Made by a program: the position numbers and the translations under genes. A stretch of DNA of 44,804 nucleotides. Source: Phycisphaerae bacterium. GTDB lineage: Bacteria; Planctomycetota; Phycisphaerae; SM23-33. A model generated the notes under the pieces. It was given only the letters and a program-made list of their open reading frames with translations. It was not told the DNA's origin and did no database searches. Below, piece after piece: positions 18,313 to 27,362 of the stretch; the stretch's first letter is position 1, and every line of letters begins with the position of its first letter. The stretch covers positions 1 through 44,804 of the forward strand of contig JBKHDI010000023.1 of the NCBI GenBank assembly GCA_046541415.1. The letters run 5' to 3'.

Positions 18313-19092
18313 TCATTTTTTGTTGTTCTTGCCGTACTGCTTGCCGCGCTGGGGCTTGTCGGAGTCGTACTGGCGGCTGGGTTTGCCGATGACGGTACCC
18401 TCGGCCGTGTGGGGCAGGTGGGACTCCTGGTCGGTCGGATAGACTTCCTTGACGATCTGGCGGGCCTCCTCCAGGTCGTCTGTCAGGGTGAACAGGTCGG
18501 TGTCTTCCGGGTCGATCTTTCCGTAGCCGTCCTTGAGCATCGTCCGCTTCATCCAGCGGATCAGGCCCGACCAGTAGTCCTTGCCGATCAGCACGACGGG
18601 GAATTTTTCGGCCTTGCCCGTCTGGATCAGCGTCATGGAGTTGTAGAACTCGTGCAGCGTGCCGAACCCGCCGGGGAAACAGACAAAGCTGCGGGCGTAC
18701 TTGACGAACATGACCAGGCGGGCGAAGAAGTAGCGGAAATCCAGCTGGATCGACGCCCAGGGGTTGGCCTTCTGCTCGTGCGGCAGGGTGATGTTCAGGC
18801 CCACGCTGGGTTTGCCCGCGTCGTCGGCGCCGCGGTTTGCGGCCTCCATGATCCCCGGCCCGCCGCCTGTGATGATGCTGAAGCCGTCCTCGGCGAGCAT
18901 GCGGGCCAGTTTGCGTGCGCGGGTGTAGTCAGAGTCGCTGCGGGGCGTCCGGGCCGAGCCGAAAATGCTCACCGCCGGACCGATCTGGCTCATCGTCTCG
19001 AAGCCTTCGACGAACTCGGCCATGATCCGGAAGACCCGCCACGGGTCTTCGTTGACGAACTGTCCGGTCCTGTCGCCGTGTGTATCAACCAT
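18313..19092 (-). CDS. LOG-family protein (cytokinin riboside 5'-monophosphate phosphoribohydrolase / TIGR00730)
   Basis: PGGxGTxxE motif (FPGGFGTLHE) and GGGPGIMEA motif. Confidence 0.85.
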   Translation of the reverse strand: MVDTHGDRTGQFVNEDPWRVFRIMAEFVEGFETMSQIGPAVSIFGSARTPRSDSDYTRARKLARMLAEDGFSIITGGGPGIMEAANRGADDAGKPSVGLNITLPHEQKANPWASIQLDFRYFFARLVMFVKYARSFVCFPGGFGTLHEFYNSMTLIQTGKAEKFPVVLIGKDYWSGLIRWMKRTMLKDGYGKIDPEDTDLFTLTDDLEEARQIVKEVYPTDQESHLPHTAEGTVIGKPSRQYDSDKPQRGKQYGKNNKK

Positions 19093-19232
19093 CTGGAACT
19101 CCTGGGGCTGGTAAAAGCTTGTCGTATTGCTTACCTTATCGGCTGACCGGCGGTTTCATGCCAAGGGATTTTCCCCAAGCCCGGTTCTGCCAAGAGGCGA
19201 GAAGATCGTCAACACTCTGGAAGGAACGACGG

Positions 19233-20057
19233 ATGATTCGTACGGCTGCGATTCTGTGCCTCGCTGCCCTGGCCGGCGGCTGCGGAGGCGACTATATCCT
19301 GACGGCGCCGGACCAGCTGGCCCCGGCCGGCAAAGAGGCAACAGTGGTTACGCGCCTGCAGCGGAATGACTTTTTCGTTCTGGCCCTGCCGGTCGAAGAG
19401 GCCGCCATGACCTATCGTGCCGGAGATCTGCCCGAGCGCGGTGCATATACCGACGAGCTGGGCTATGCGGGCACGGTGATTCCGGCCCCCGAAAAGCCGG
19501 GCCTGTACGATCTCCGCGTCGCCCACCTGGATGTCTACGGCGACCTGATCGAGAAGAAGGCCCGCCTGTTCGTCTGGCCGGCGGACAAACCCCTCGTCGC
19601 CGTCGACCTGGATTCCCTGCCGTGGGAGATGTCCGGGCAGTCCGATCCTGCCGCCAAGGCCATCGCTGCTGTGGGCGACTCGGCCGGGGTGATCTACCTG
19701 ACCCGGCAGGAGTCCGACCAGCACCAGCGCCTGCACGACTGGCTGGCCGGGCAGGGTTATCCGGCCGGGCCGATCCTGCTCTGGCAGCACAAGAAGTGGC
19801 ACATCGTCCAGGGCAGCTGGCGGATTCCGAAGATCGTCATCGAGGACAAGATGGTCAGCCGCCTGCCGGAGGTCAAGAAGGCCTTTGCCAACCTGGACTA
19901 CGGGATTACGAGCTCTTCGGTAGCGGCAGGGGGATTCGCCCAGGCCGGGCTGAGGCCCGTGATCATCGGCGGCGCCGGCCATGACGGGCCCGCCCTGCGG
20001 CGCGCGAACTGGGAGGCCCTGGAGGCTTCCGGCCTGGAGAGCACAAGCTCCGACTGA
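19233..20057 (+). CDS. Hypothetical lipoprotein
   Basis: Signal peptide plus lipobox AALAGGCGG. No confident family assignment. First gene of the LPS-core operon. Confidence 0.5.
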   Translation: MIRTAAILCLAALAGGCGGDYILTAPDQLAPAGKEATVVTRLQRNDFFVLALPVEEAAMTYRAGDLPERGAYTDELGYAGTVIPAPEKPGLYDLRVAHLDVYGDLIEKKARLFVWPADKPLVAVDLDSLPWEMSGQSDPAAKAIAAVGDSAGVIYLTRQESDQHQRLHDWLAGQGYPAGPILLWQHKKWHIVQGSWRIPKIVIEDKMVSRLPEVKKAFANLDYGITSSSVAAGGFAQAGLRPVIIGGAGHDGPALRRANWEALEASGLESTSSD

Positions 20058-20059
20058 CG

Positions 20060-21145
20060 ATGGCGAGCCCACAGCGAATCGCGATATTCCTGCCCAACTG
20101 GGTCGGCGACGTGGTGATGGCCACCCCGGCGATCCGGGCGATCTCGGAGCTTCTCGGCCGGGAGTCGGTCACGCTGGTGGGCAAGCCCATCGCCCTGCAG
20201 ACGCTGTATGGCAATTGCTGGTCGGCTCGTTCGATCGAAGAGATCAGCCGCGAGGGGCTGGGCGGTCTGCGGCAGATGGTCCGGACGCTTCGGGCAGGGC
20301 GGTTCGACACCATCGTGCTCATGCCCAACAGCTTCCGCACCGCGGCCGTGGCGCGCCTGGCCGGGCCGCCGCGGCTGGTCGGCTACAACCGCGACGGGCG
20401 CGGCTGGCTGTTGACCGACCGACTCGAACCGCCACGGACCGCCGAGGGGCGTTTCAAGCCCGCGCCCATGCTGGACTACTACAACCGTCTGGCCCTGGCC
20501 GTAGGGACCGCCGATCCGGGCTACAGGATGCAGCTGCCCGTCAGCCCGCCCCACGAGACCCAGGCCGAACAGATGCTCGACTCTGCCGGCCGCGACCCAA
20601 GCAGGCCCCTGGTGATCCTGAACCCGGGCGGTTCGTTCGGCCCCAGCAAGATGTGGATGCCCGACCGCTACGGTCGCCTGGGCGACAGGCTGGTGGCCGA
20701 GTACGGCGCCCAGATCATCCTCAACGTCGCCCCGAACGAGAAGGCGATCGCCCGGCAGGTGGCCGCCGCCATGGTCTGCCGTCCGCTGATCAACTTCGCC
20801 GAGCAGGACAACTCCCTGCCGCTGCTGGGGGCCCTGGTCCGCCGGGCCGATCTGATGGTTACCAACGACACCGGAGCCAGGCACTTCGCCGTGGCAGGGG
20901 AAATGTCCGTCGTGACGCTCTTTGGCAGTACGGATCCGCGATGGACGCATCTATACTACAATCGGGAGCGATGCCTGCGAGTCGAGCTGCCCTGTTCGCC
21001 ATGTCAGGAGAAGCTCTGCGTCATGCCCGCCGGCCCGCTCTACCACAAATGCATGCTGGACATACCGGTCGACAGGGTCATCGCTGCCTGCCGGGATCTG
21101 CTGGGCCCGGCAGGGGTGGAGGGACAGAAGCAATGCTCCTGCTAA
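20060..21145 (+). CDS. ADP-heptose:LPS heptosyltransferase (GT9)
   Basis: RIAIFLPNWVGDVVMATPAIRAI N-terminus and DTGARHFAVA C-terminal motif are typical of WaaC/WaaF-family heptosyltransferases. Confidence 0.8.
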   Translation: MASPQRIAIFLPNWVGDVVMATPAIRAISELLGRESVTLVGKPIALQTLYGNCWSARSIEEISREGLGGLRQMVRTLRAGRFDTIVLMPNSFRTAAVARLAGPPRLVGYNRDGRGWLLTDRLEPPRTAEGRFKPAPMLDYYNRLALAVGTADPGYRMQLPVSPPHETQAEQMLDSAGRDPSRPLVILNPGGSFGPSKMWMPDRYGRLGDRLVAEYGAQIILNVAPNEKAIARQVAAAMVCRPLINFAEQDNSLPLLGALVRRADLMVTNDTGARHFAVAGEMSVVTLFGSTDPRWTHLYYNRERCLRVELPCSPCQEKLCVMPAGPLYHKCMLDIPVDRVIAACRDLLGPAGVEGQKQCSC

Positions 21146-21960
21146 GAGAACAACAAGACGCGTCCCTGGCCGAGGCGATCCGCCGGGCCGGGCTGGACAA
21201 CCTCCAAGGCGCATTCGACTTCAGCGGCGGGCAAGACCTGGACAAACCGGGCCTGGGCTGTCGTCGCCGGACGCGCCTGCACCTGACCGACTCGACCGGC
21301 GCCGACCACCTGCTCTACATGAAGCGTTACAACGCGATGGACCGGGCAGGGCTGGTCCGGGCCAGGCTTTCCGGTCAGAGGCAGGGCAGCCAGGCCTGGC
21401 TGGAGATGCGGAACATCCAGGCTGTCCGCGACGCCGGCGTGCCGACCATGCAGGTGCTGGCCTGGGGACAGCAGCCGCCGCGAAGCTACATCCTGGTCAC
21501 CTCCGTGCCCGGCGAGGCGGTCGAACGGTGCGGTAACGCCTTCTTTGCCCGGTACGGACAGGACATGACCGTCTGCGACGCGTTTACCTGGCAACTGGCG
21601 AACATGGCCTCGCGGCTGCACCAGGCCGGGCTGTTCCACCGCGACTTCTACGCCTCGCACGTATTCCTGGAGATCCGCGACGAATTGCCGCATCTCTACC
21701 TGATCGACCTGGCCAGGATCATCGCGCCGCGGTTCCGCCGCTTCCGATGGGTCGTCAAGGACCTGGCCCAGCTGAAATACTCCATGCCCGACCGCTGGGT
21801 CAACGGCTACTGGGAGGGGTTCCTCCAGCGGTACCTGGAGCATCCATCGGGCCCGGGCCTGCGCAGGCTGCAGCGCGCGATCGACCGGAAGGTCCAGCGG
21901 ATGACGCGTCACGACGTTCGTCGTCGCGCCCGCCGGATCAAGCGGAGCCCAAGCCTGTGA
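21133..21960 (+). CDS. Lipopolysaccharide kinase (Kdo/WaaP-InaA family)
   Basis: LHQAGLFHRDFYASHVFL catalytic-loop region and the DLARI motif of LPS-core kinases. Overlaps the upstream gene by 13 nt. Confidence 0.7.
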   Translation: MLLLREQQDASLAEAIRRAGLDNLQGAFDFSGGQDLDKPGLGCRRRTRLHLTDSTGADHLLYMKRYNAMDRAGLVRARLSGQRQGSQAWLEMRNIQAVRDAGVPTMQVLAWGQQPPRSYILVTSVPGEAVERCGNAFFARYGQDMTVCDAFTWQLANMASRLHQAGLFHRDFYASHVFLEIRDELPHLYLIDLARIIAPRFRRFRWVVKDLAQLKYSMPDRWVNGYWEGFLQRYLEHPSGPGLRRLQRAIDRKVQRMTRHDVRRRARRIKRSPSL

Positions 21961-23102
21961 AGATCGCCTTGGTGATCGAACGGATGGACCCCCGGCGGGG
22001 GGGGCGTGAGCGGTCCACCGCGCAGATCGCCAGGCACCTGGCCGAGGCGGGCTGTGGCGTCAACATCCTCTGCTACCAGGCCGACTGGCAGGACACAGGC
22101 GTCAACGTCCGCCTGCTGCCGATCGCAAAGGCAGGCCGCCTGGAGACGCTGCGGCGCTTCAACCAGGCCGTTTCCGACGAGGTCGCCAACGGGGACTACG
22201 ACATCGTCCACGGTACGCTGCCGCTGGAATCGCTGAACGTCTACCAGCCGCGCGGCGGGACCCTGCCGGGCCAGCGGGCTGCCAGCCTGCGCAGGCGGCG
22301 CCACGCGGCGAAGCTCTCGGCCTGGCTGGGCTGGAAGACCAACCCGGTCCGCAGGCAGTTGGTCCAATGGGAGAGGCAGATCGTCGAGTCCGGGCGGGTG
22401 CGATGCCTGGCCGTCAGCGAGATGGTCGCCCGGGAGTTTCAGGACCACTACGGCCGGGACGCGGAGGTCGTTTTCAACGGCGCAGACCCGCCGCCGATGT
22501 CGCCGGAGATGGTCGAGTCCTGCCGCAAGCACAAGCGGATGGCCCTGGGCGCCGGGCCCGATGCGCCGGTCTTCGTGAGCATCGCCACCAACTGGAAGCT
22601 CAAGGCCGTCGACAGCGTCATCCGCGCCTTCGGGCGGCTGGTCGACCGCACCGGCGGCGACGATGCCCGCCTGGTCTGCATCGGGCAGGACGAGCCGGCC
22701 CGCTACGCCCTGCTGGCCGAGAAGCTCGGCCTGGGACGCCTGGTGGACTTCCCCGGACGCCTGGACGATGCCTGGCAGTGGTACACCGTGGCGACCGGGA
22801 CGGTGCTGTTGAGCTGGTACGACCCGTGCAGCCGCGTCGTGCTGGAGTCGATCGGCCTGGGCGTGCCGGCGATCACCACGCGCTTCAACGGGGCGGCCGA
22901 GGCCTTGACCGACGGGGCGGGCATCGTCGTGGATTCCCCCCGGGCGGTCGAGCAGGTGGCCCAGGCCATGGCCCGCCTGGCCGACGCCCAGCAGCGCGCC
23001 GAATTCCAGGAAGCTTGCAACGTTGCGGCCGGGCGGGTAAGTATGCACCATCATACCGAGCAATTGCTGTCCGTTTACCAGAAAGTCGCCGCGAGTCGAT
23101 GA
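21957..23102 (+). CDS. Glycosyltransferase family 4/1 (GT-B)
   Basis: VKIALVIERMDPRRGG N-terminus and a C-terminal EGFGL-like region (LESIGLGVPAITT). The GTG start overlaps the kinase TGA (GTGA). Alternative ATG at 21984. Confidence 0.7.
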   Translation: MKIALVIERMDPRRGGRERSTAQIARHLAEAGCGVNILCYQADWQDTGVNVRLLPIAKAGRLETLRRFNQAVSDEVANGDYDIVHGTLPLESLNVYQPRGGTLPGQRAASLRRRRHAAKLSAWLGWKTNPVRRQLVQWERQIVESGRVRCLAVSEMVAREFQDHYGRDAEVVFNGADPPPMSPEMVESCRKHKRMALGAGPDAPVFVSIATNWKLKAVDSVIRAFGRLVDRTGGDDARLVCIGQDEPARYALLAEKLGLGRLVDFPGRLDDAWQWYTVATGTVLLSWYDPCSRVVLESIGLGVPAITTRFNGAAEALTDGAGIVVDSPRAVEQVAQAMARLADAQQRAEFQEACNVAAGRVSMHHHTEQLLSVYQKVAASR

Positions 23103-23788
23103 CAGACAACCCCTGGATTCTCTATCTGCTGTTCCCTCTGGCTGCTTACGTGCTGGGCTCGACGCCGGTGGGCTTTCTGGTGGCCCGGTCGCGCGGCGTG
23201 GACATCCGCAAGGCAGGCAGCGGGAACGTGGGGGCGACCAACGTCGGGCGCGTGTTGGGCAGGAAGTGGGGGGTCTTCTGTTTCGCCCTGGACGTGCTCA
23301 AAGGCGCCCTGCCGGTTCTGCTGGTGGGTCTGGTTGTCCGGGCCGACGGCGTGCCGAGCCCGACATCGCAGGGGGCCTGGCTGGCGGTGGGGCTGGGGGC
23401 GATTCTCGGCCACGTCTTCAGCTTCTGGCTGGGCTTTCGGGGAGGCAAGGGCGTGGCGACGTCTTTGGGCGTGGTGCTGGGCATCTGGCCGTATTTCACC
23501 CTGGCGGGGCTGGCGGCCTTCGGGCTGTGGATCTGCGTCGTGCTGATCTGGCGATACGTGTCGCTGGGCAGCATGGTCGCGGCGGTCTCATTCGTGCCGC
23601 TGGTGGTCCTGCTGAACCTTTCGGTCTGGCGACAGCTCTGGCCGCTGCTTGGCTTCGCTTCGGCGATGGCGCTTCTGATCGTGGTCCGACACCGCTCGAA
23701 CCTGGTCCGCCTGATCCGGGGAGGCGAGAACCGGATCGGCCAGTCGAAGAAGGCTGCGGCGCCCGAGGGGACCGAAGCGTCGACCTGA
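23099..23788 (+). CDS. plsY: Glycerol-3-phosphate acyltransferase PlsY
   Basis: GSGNVGATNVGR and GFRGGKGVAT motifs. ATGA overlap with the upstream glycosyltransferase. Confidence 0.85.
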   Translation: MTDNPWILYLLFPLAAYVLGSTPVGFLVARSRGVDIRKAGSGNVGATNVGRVLGRKWGVFCFALDVLKGALPVLLVGLVVRADGVPSPTSQGAWLAVGLGAILGHVFSFWLGFRGGKGVATSLGVVLGIWPYFTLAGLAAFGLWICVVLIWRYVSLGSMVAAVSFVPLVVLLNLSVWRQLWPLLGFASAMALLIVVRHRSNLVRLIRGGENRIGQSKKAAAPEGTEAST

Positions 23789-23872
23789 GCTTCGGCGAAA
23801 TATCGCCATTGTGCGGCGGGAGGGTGTATAATCACCTGCAGGCAGAGAACCCCTGAAACGAAAAGGCAGCAG

Positions 23873-25453
23873 ATGCGCGCCAACCGCCATCCCAACATCC
23901 TGTTCGTGATGACCGACCAGCAGCGATTCGACACGATCGCCGCGCTGGGCAATTCCCGGATCTACACGCCCAACCTCGACCGGCTCGTCGCCCGCGGTGT
24001 CAGCTTCACCCGGGCCTACTCGACCTGCCCCGTCTGCGTCGCCGCACGCTACACGATCCGGACCGGTTGCGAGCCGGCCACCACGCGCGTCTTCTCCAAC
24101 GCCGTCTGCGAGCCGGCCCCCGGACAGGCGGCGAGCATCGAGGACCGCTGCGGGGCGTATCTGCCCAAGACCATGGCCCTGCTGGGCTATCGGACGTGGG
24201 GGATCGGCAAGTTCCACGCCCAGCCGGACTCCGAGGACCTCGGCTACCACGACTACCAGCAGATCCGCGAGACCTATCGCGACAGCGAAACCCGCCACGA
24301 CGACGCCTACGCCCGGTGGATCATGCAGGACCACCCGGAATACGCCCACCTCGAACTGCTCCACGGCGAGCGGACCGAGATGTACTACATGCCCCAGTGC
24401 GCCGCCGTTCCGGCTGACTGCACCGCCGAGGCCTTCGCCGCCGAACGCGCCGTCGACCAGATCCAACGCGGCCAGGAGGACCACGGGCCCTGGTTCGGGT
24501 TCGTCTCCTTCGTCGGACCGCACCCGCCGCTGGCCCCGCCGATCCCCTTCAACCGCATGTACGACCCGGACGAGATGCCCGCCCCACGCTGCGGCGATGC
24601 GAGCATCGACCACCTCGACGACTTCCTGCCGATGATGAACTACATGACTTACGCCGAGTCGGTCGATCCGACCCGCGCGAAGATCCTCAAGGCTCGCTAC
24701 TACGGCGAGATCAGCCACATCGACGACTGCCTCGGCCGCATCCTCGACGCCGTCGACGCCCAGGCCGATCCGTCCAATACGCTGATCTGCTTCTTCAGCG
24801 ATCACGGCGACCACATGGGCGACCACCGCAGCTGGCAGAAGGAGAGCTTCTTCGACGCCGCCTGCCGCGTGCCCATGCTGATCAGCTGGCCCCACCGCCT
24901 GCCCGCGGGGCGCCGCAGCGACGCGCTGGTCACGCTGACCGACCTGTTCGGCCTGGCCACCAGCGCCGCCAACGAACGCGAGCTGCGGGAGGGGATCGAC
25001 CTGCTGGCCGTGGCAGAAGGCCGCCACCCCGGCCGCAGCGCCGTCATCGGCTGTTACGGCCAGCCGGGGACCAGGCAGTTCAAGGTCATGGTTCGCGACG
25101 ACCAGTGGAAGTACATCTTCCTGGCCAATGGCGGCAGGGAGTTGCTGTTCGACATGGACGAAGACTCCTGCGAGCTCGTGCCTCGCAATGGCGACAGGCC
25201 GGAGATCATCTCGCGGATGCGGATGATGGCCGTGGCGGCGTTGAAGTCCCCCGGCACGGCCGACGCGCTGGACGGCCTGCAGCTCAAGTCGCTGCGGTTC
25301 GAGAAGTTCCCGCGCCGTCGCCTCAAGCAGTTCGACCGCTCGGCCGACGTGATGGACTTCCCCGCCAACCCCGGCGACATTGTGCCCGGCCCGCCGAAGC
25401 GGCAGAAACCCGCCGCCTCGCGCGCAAGTCAAGATGCAGCCCCGAACGTCTGA
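23873..25453 (+). CDS. Cys-type sulfatase (arylsulfatase family), no signal peptide, variant C-x-A-x-R motif
   Basis: FVMTDQQRFD, GKFH and FSDHGD catalytic/metal residues are present. The FGly motif reads CVAAR (24035-24049) instead of CxPxR. Confidence 0.8.
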   Translation: MRANRHPNILFVMTDQQRFDTIAALGNSRIYTPNLDRLVARGVSFTRAYSTCPVCVAARYTIRTGCEPATTRVFSNAVCEPAPGQAASIEDRCGAYLPKTMALLGYRTWGIGKFHAQPDSEDLGYHDYQQIRETYRDSETRHDDAYARWIMQDHPEYAHLELLHGERTEMYYMPQCAAVPADCTAEAFAAERAVDQIQRGQEDHGPWFGFVSFVGPHPPLAPPIPFNRMYDPDEMPAPRCGDASIDHLDDFLPMMNYMTYAESVDPTRAKILKARYYGEISHIDDCLGRILDAVDAQADPSNTLICFFSDHGDHMGDHRSWQKESFFDAACRVPMLISWPHRLPAGRRSDALVTLTDLFGLATSAANERELREGIDLLAVAEGRHPGRSAVIGCYGQPGTRQFKVMVRDDQWKYIFLANGGRELLFDMDEDSCELVPRNGDRPEIISRMRMMAVAALKSPGTADALDGLQLKSLRFEKFPRRRLKQFDRSADVMDFPANPGDIVPGPPKRQKPAASRASQDAAPNV

Positions 25454-25516
25454 GAGCAGTGGCTGGTTGCTGGCGATTTGTCGCCCTGATGAAAGTCGTT
25501 AATCCCTTCAGGGGGA

Positions 25517-25801
25517 TCAACCGGAGGGGTCTTCGATCCAGCGGCGGTAGCAGCGGTTGCAGAGGTGGATTGTCAGGCGGCGGTGGACCTGGTCGTTGAG
25601 GTCCTGCTCGCTGGTCTGGCCCAGTTGGCTGATCAATTCATCGATTTCGGCAGCCAGTTCGCCGGTGTCGAAATCGGCCGTGTCGAGCTTCGGCGGGTAG
25701 GGGTCGGCAAACGCCTCGATCCGCACGACGTAGAAGTTGCCCCTGCCCGGATGCAGATCGCACCCGCAACGGTGACAAAGCAGCGACTCAGCCTCGTTCA
25801 T
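25517..25801 (-). CDS. Small (94 aa) zinc-ribbon protein, CxxC ... CxxC
   Basis: C9HRC12 and C81NRC84 pairs flank an acidic middle. Starts 15 nt downstream of the sulfatase-2 stop. It is the 3' part of listed ORF 25517..26365, whose upstream part is out of frame and antisense to the sulfatase. Confidence 0.45.
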   Translation of the reverse strand: MNEAESLLCHRCGCDLHPGRGNFYVVRIEAFADPYPPKLDTADFDTGELAAEIDELISQLGQTSEQDLNDQVHRRLTIHLCNRCYRRWIEDPSG

Positions 25802-25815
25802 GTCCTGTCCCTGCC

Positions 25816-27270
25816 TCAGCGGCCGAAGGGCCTGGTCTTGCTCGGCGGCGGCCAGTGCAGGCCCCGCTGGCCGTGCAGGTCCAGCCCGACAGAAGGCGTC
25901 CAGTCGGTCTTGTCGGGCAGGCCCACCAGCTTTCCGTCGCGCGCCCAGGCTTCGTCCCCGCCGTAGAGGTTCTCGATCAGCCGGGCCGTCAGGCGGCTGC
26001 GGACCTGGCGACAACTGTCCCGCTCGGACAAATCGTGCAGTTCGCGCGGGTCTTCCTGCAGGTCGAACAGCTGGACGACGTTGCCCACGGGATAGTAGAT
26101 CAACTTGTAGCGACCATCGTGGATCATCCGCGTGGCCCTGAAGTCTTCGTTGACTTCGCCGTAGAGCGCGTCGCGCGGCTGGCTGGAGAGCATGGATCGG
26201 CCCTCCACCGTTTCGGGCACGTCCACGCCCGCCAGTTCCAGCAGGGTGGGCATGACATCGGCCAGGCCGACCAGGCGGTGGTCGACGCGGTCTTTGGGGA
26301 TGTCCCGCCCGGCGAGGATCATCGGGACCTGGGCGGAGTTCTCGTAGAAGCACCGCTTGGCCCACATCCCGTGGTTGCCCAGCATGTCGCCGTGGTCGCT
26401 GGTGAACAGGACGACCGTATTGCCCAGCAGCCCCTCATCTCGCAGGGTCCCGATGACCAGGCGCAGCTGGTGGTCGATGTGCGTGGCCAGGGCATAGAAC
26501 GCCTGGCGCGCCCGGCGGATGGCCCGTTCGTCCTTCTCGCCGCACAGGCCCGTTCGGCGGCTGCGGATCGAAGCGGCGGGCTCTTCCACCCAGTCGCCCT
26601 GGAAAGGCAGTTCCAGCCGGTCCGGATCGTACATGTCCAGGTAGGCCTCCAGCGGCGCAAGCGGCGGGTGGGGGTGACAGTAGGACAGGTAGTAGAAGCC
26701 CGGGCGCTTCGGGTCGTGACGCTTGATCTGCCTGCACATTTCGCGCGTCGCCCAGTTGGTCACGTGCATGTACTCCGGCAGGTGCCAAGGCCGCGTGACA
26801 TAATCGTTGTTGCACATGCCGTGGGCGAATTCCATGCCCACCTGTCCCTGCTGGCCCAGCCACGTCTGGTAATCGTCGACCACGCCGAACTGGTAGCGGG
26901 CCTCTTCGGCGAGGATCACGTCGTCGAAGCCCACGCGGTCGCGCTGGGGGTAGACGTGCATCTTGCCGACCGCCCGTGCCTGGTAGCCGGCCCGGGCGAA
27001 CGTGCCGGCCAGCGTGGGCAGGTCGGGCATCTCCAACTGGGCCTGGTAGATCCGGTCGCCGTGGGTCCGCGGGACCGTGCCGGTCATCAGCGTCCGGCGG
27101 GCGGGGATGCAGACGGGACACTCGGTGTAGGCCCGGTCGAACCGTGTGCCGGCGCCGGCCAGGCTGTCCAGCGTGGGGGTCTGGATGTCGGGATGGCCGG
27201 CAGAGCCCAGCATCGAGCCGGGCCAGTGGTCGGTGCAGATCATCAGGACATTCGGGCGGTCGTGGCTCAT
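25816..27270 (-). CDS. Cys-type sulfatase (arylsulfatase family), no signal peptide
   Basis: Canonical CIPARRTLMTG (CxPxR) motif. LMICTDHW, GKMH and TSDHGD motifs. The start at 27270 has AGGAG at -13. The ORF extends to 27306 without an RBS. Confidence 0.8.
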   Translation of the reverse strand: MSHDRPNVLMICTDHWPGSMLGSAGHPDIQTPTLDSLAGAGTRFDRAYTECPVCIPARRTLMTGTVPRTHGDRIYQAQLEMPDLPTLAGTFARAGYQARAVGKMHVYPQRDRVGFDDVILAEEARYQFGVVDDYQTWLGQQGQVGMEFAHGMCNNDYVTRPWHLPEYMHVTNWATREMCRQIKRHDPKRPGFYYLSYCHPHPPLAPLEAYLDMYDPDRLELPFQGDWVEEPAASIRSRRTGLCGEKDERAIRRARQAFYALATHIDHQLRLVIGTLRDEGLLGNTVVLFTSDHGDMLGNHGMWAKRCFYENSAQVPMILAGRDIPKDRVDHRLVGLADVMPTLLELAGVDVPETVEGRSMLSSQPRDALYGEVNEDFRATRMIHDGRYKLIYYPVGNVVQLFDLQEDPRELHDLSERDSCRQVRSRLTARLIENLYGGDEAWARDGKLVGLPDKTDWTPSVGLDLHGQRGLHWPPPSKTRPFGR

Positions 27271-27362
27271 GGCGGGGCGGGCTCCTGGCTGGGGACGTTG
27301 GTGCATCTATGCCAGAAGATACCGCAGAACCCGCCTGCGGACCAGTGGGCGGCTGATTTTGC

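Noticed and set aside
23588-25432. 614-aa minus-strand ORF antisense to sulfatase 1. Similar long antisense ORFs lie opposite nadB (13484-15268), sulfatase 2 (25855-27435), araB (28570-30162), the glycoside hydrolase (30783-32330), S41 (35377-37098), the GGCT fusion (37601-39256), sppA (39533-40966) and the STK (42389-43618).
   Set aside because: The sense strands carry unambiguous family signatures. The antisense frames are GC-driven open frames without domain features.
25802-26365. Upstream two-thirds of listed ORF 25517..26365 (minus)
   Set aside because: Out-of-frame overlap with the well-supported sulfatase 2 gene. Only the distal 94 codons after an internal Met (25801) are plausible as an independent small gene.
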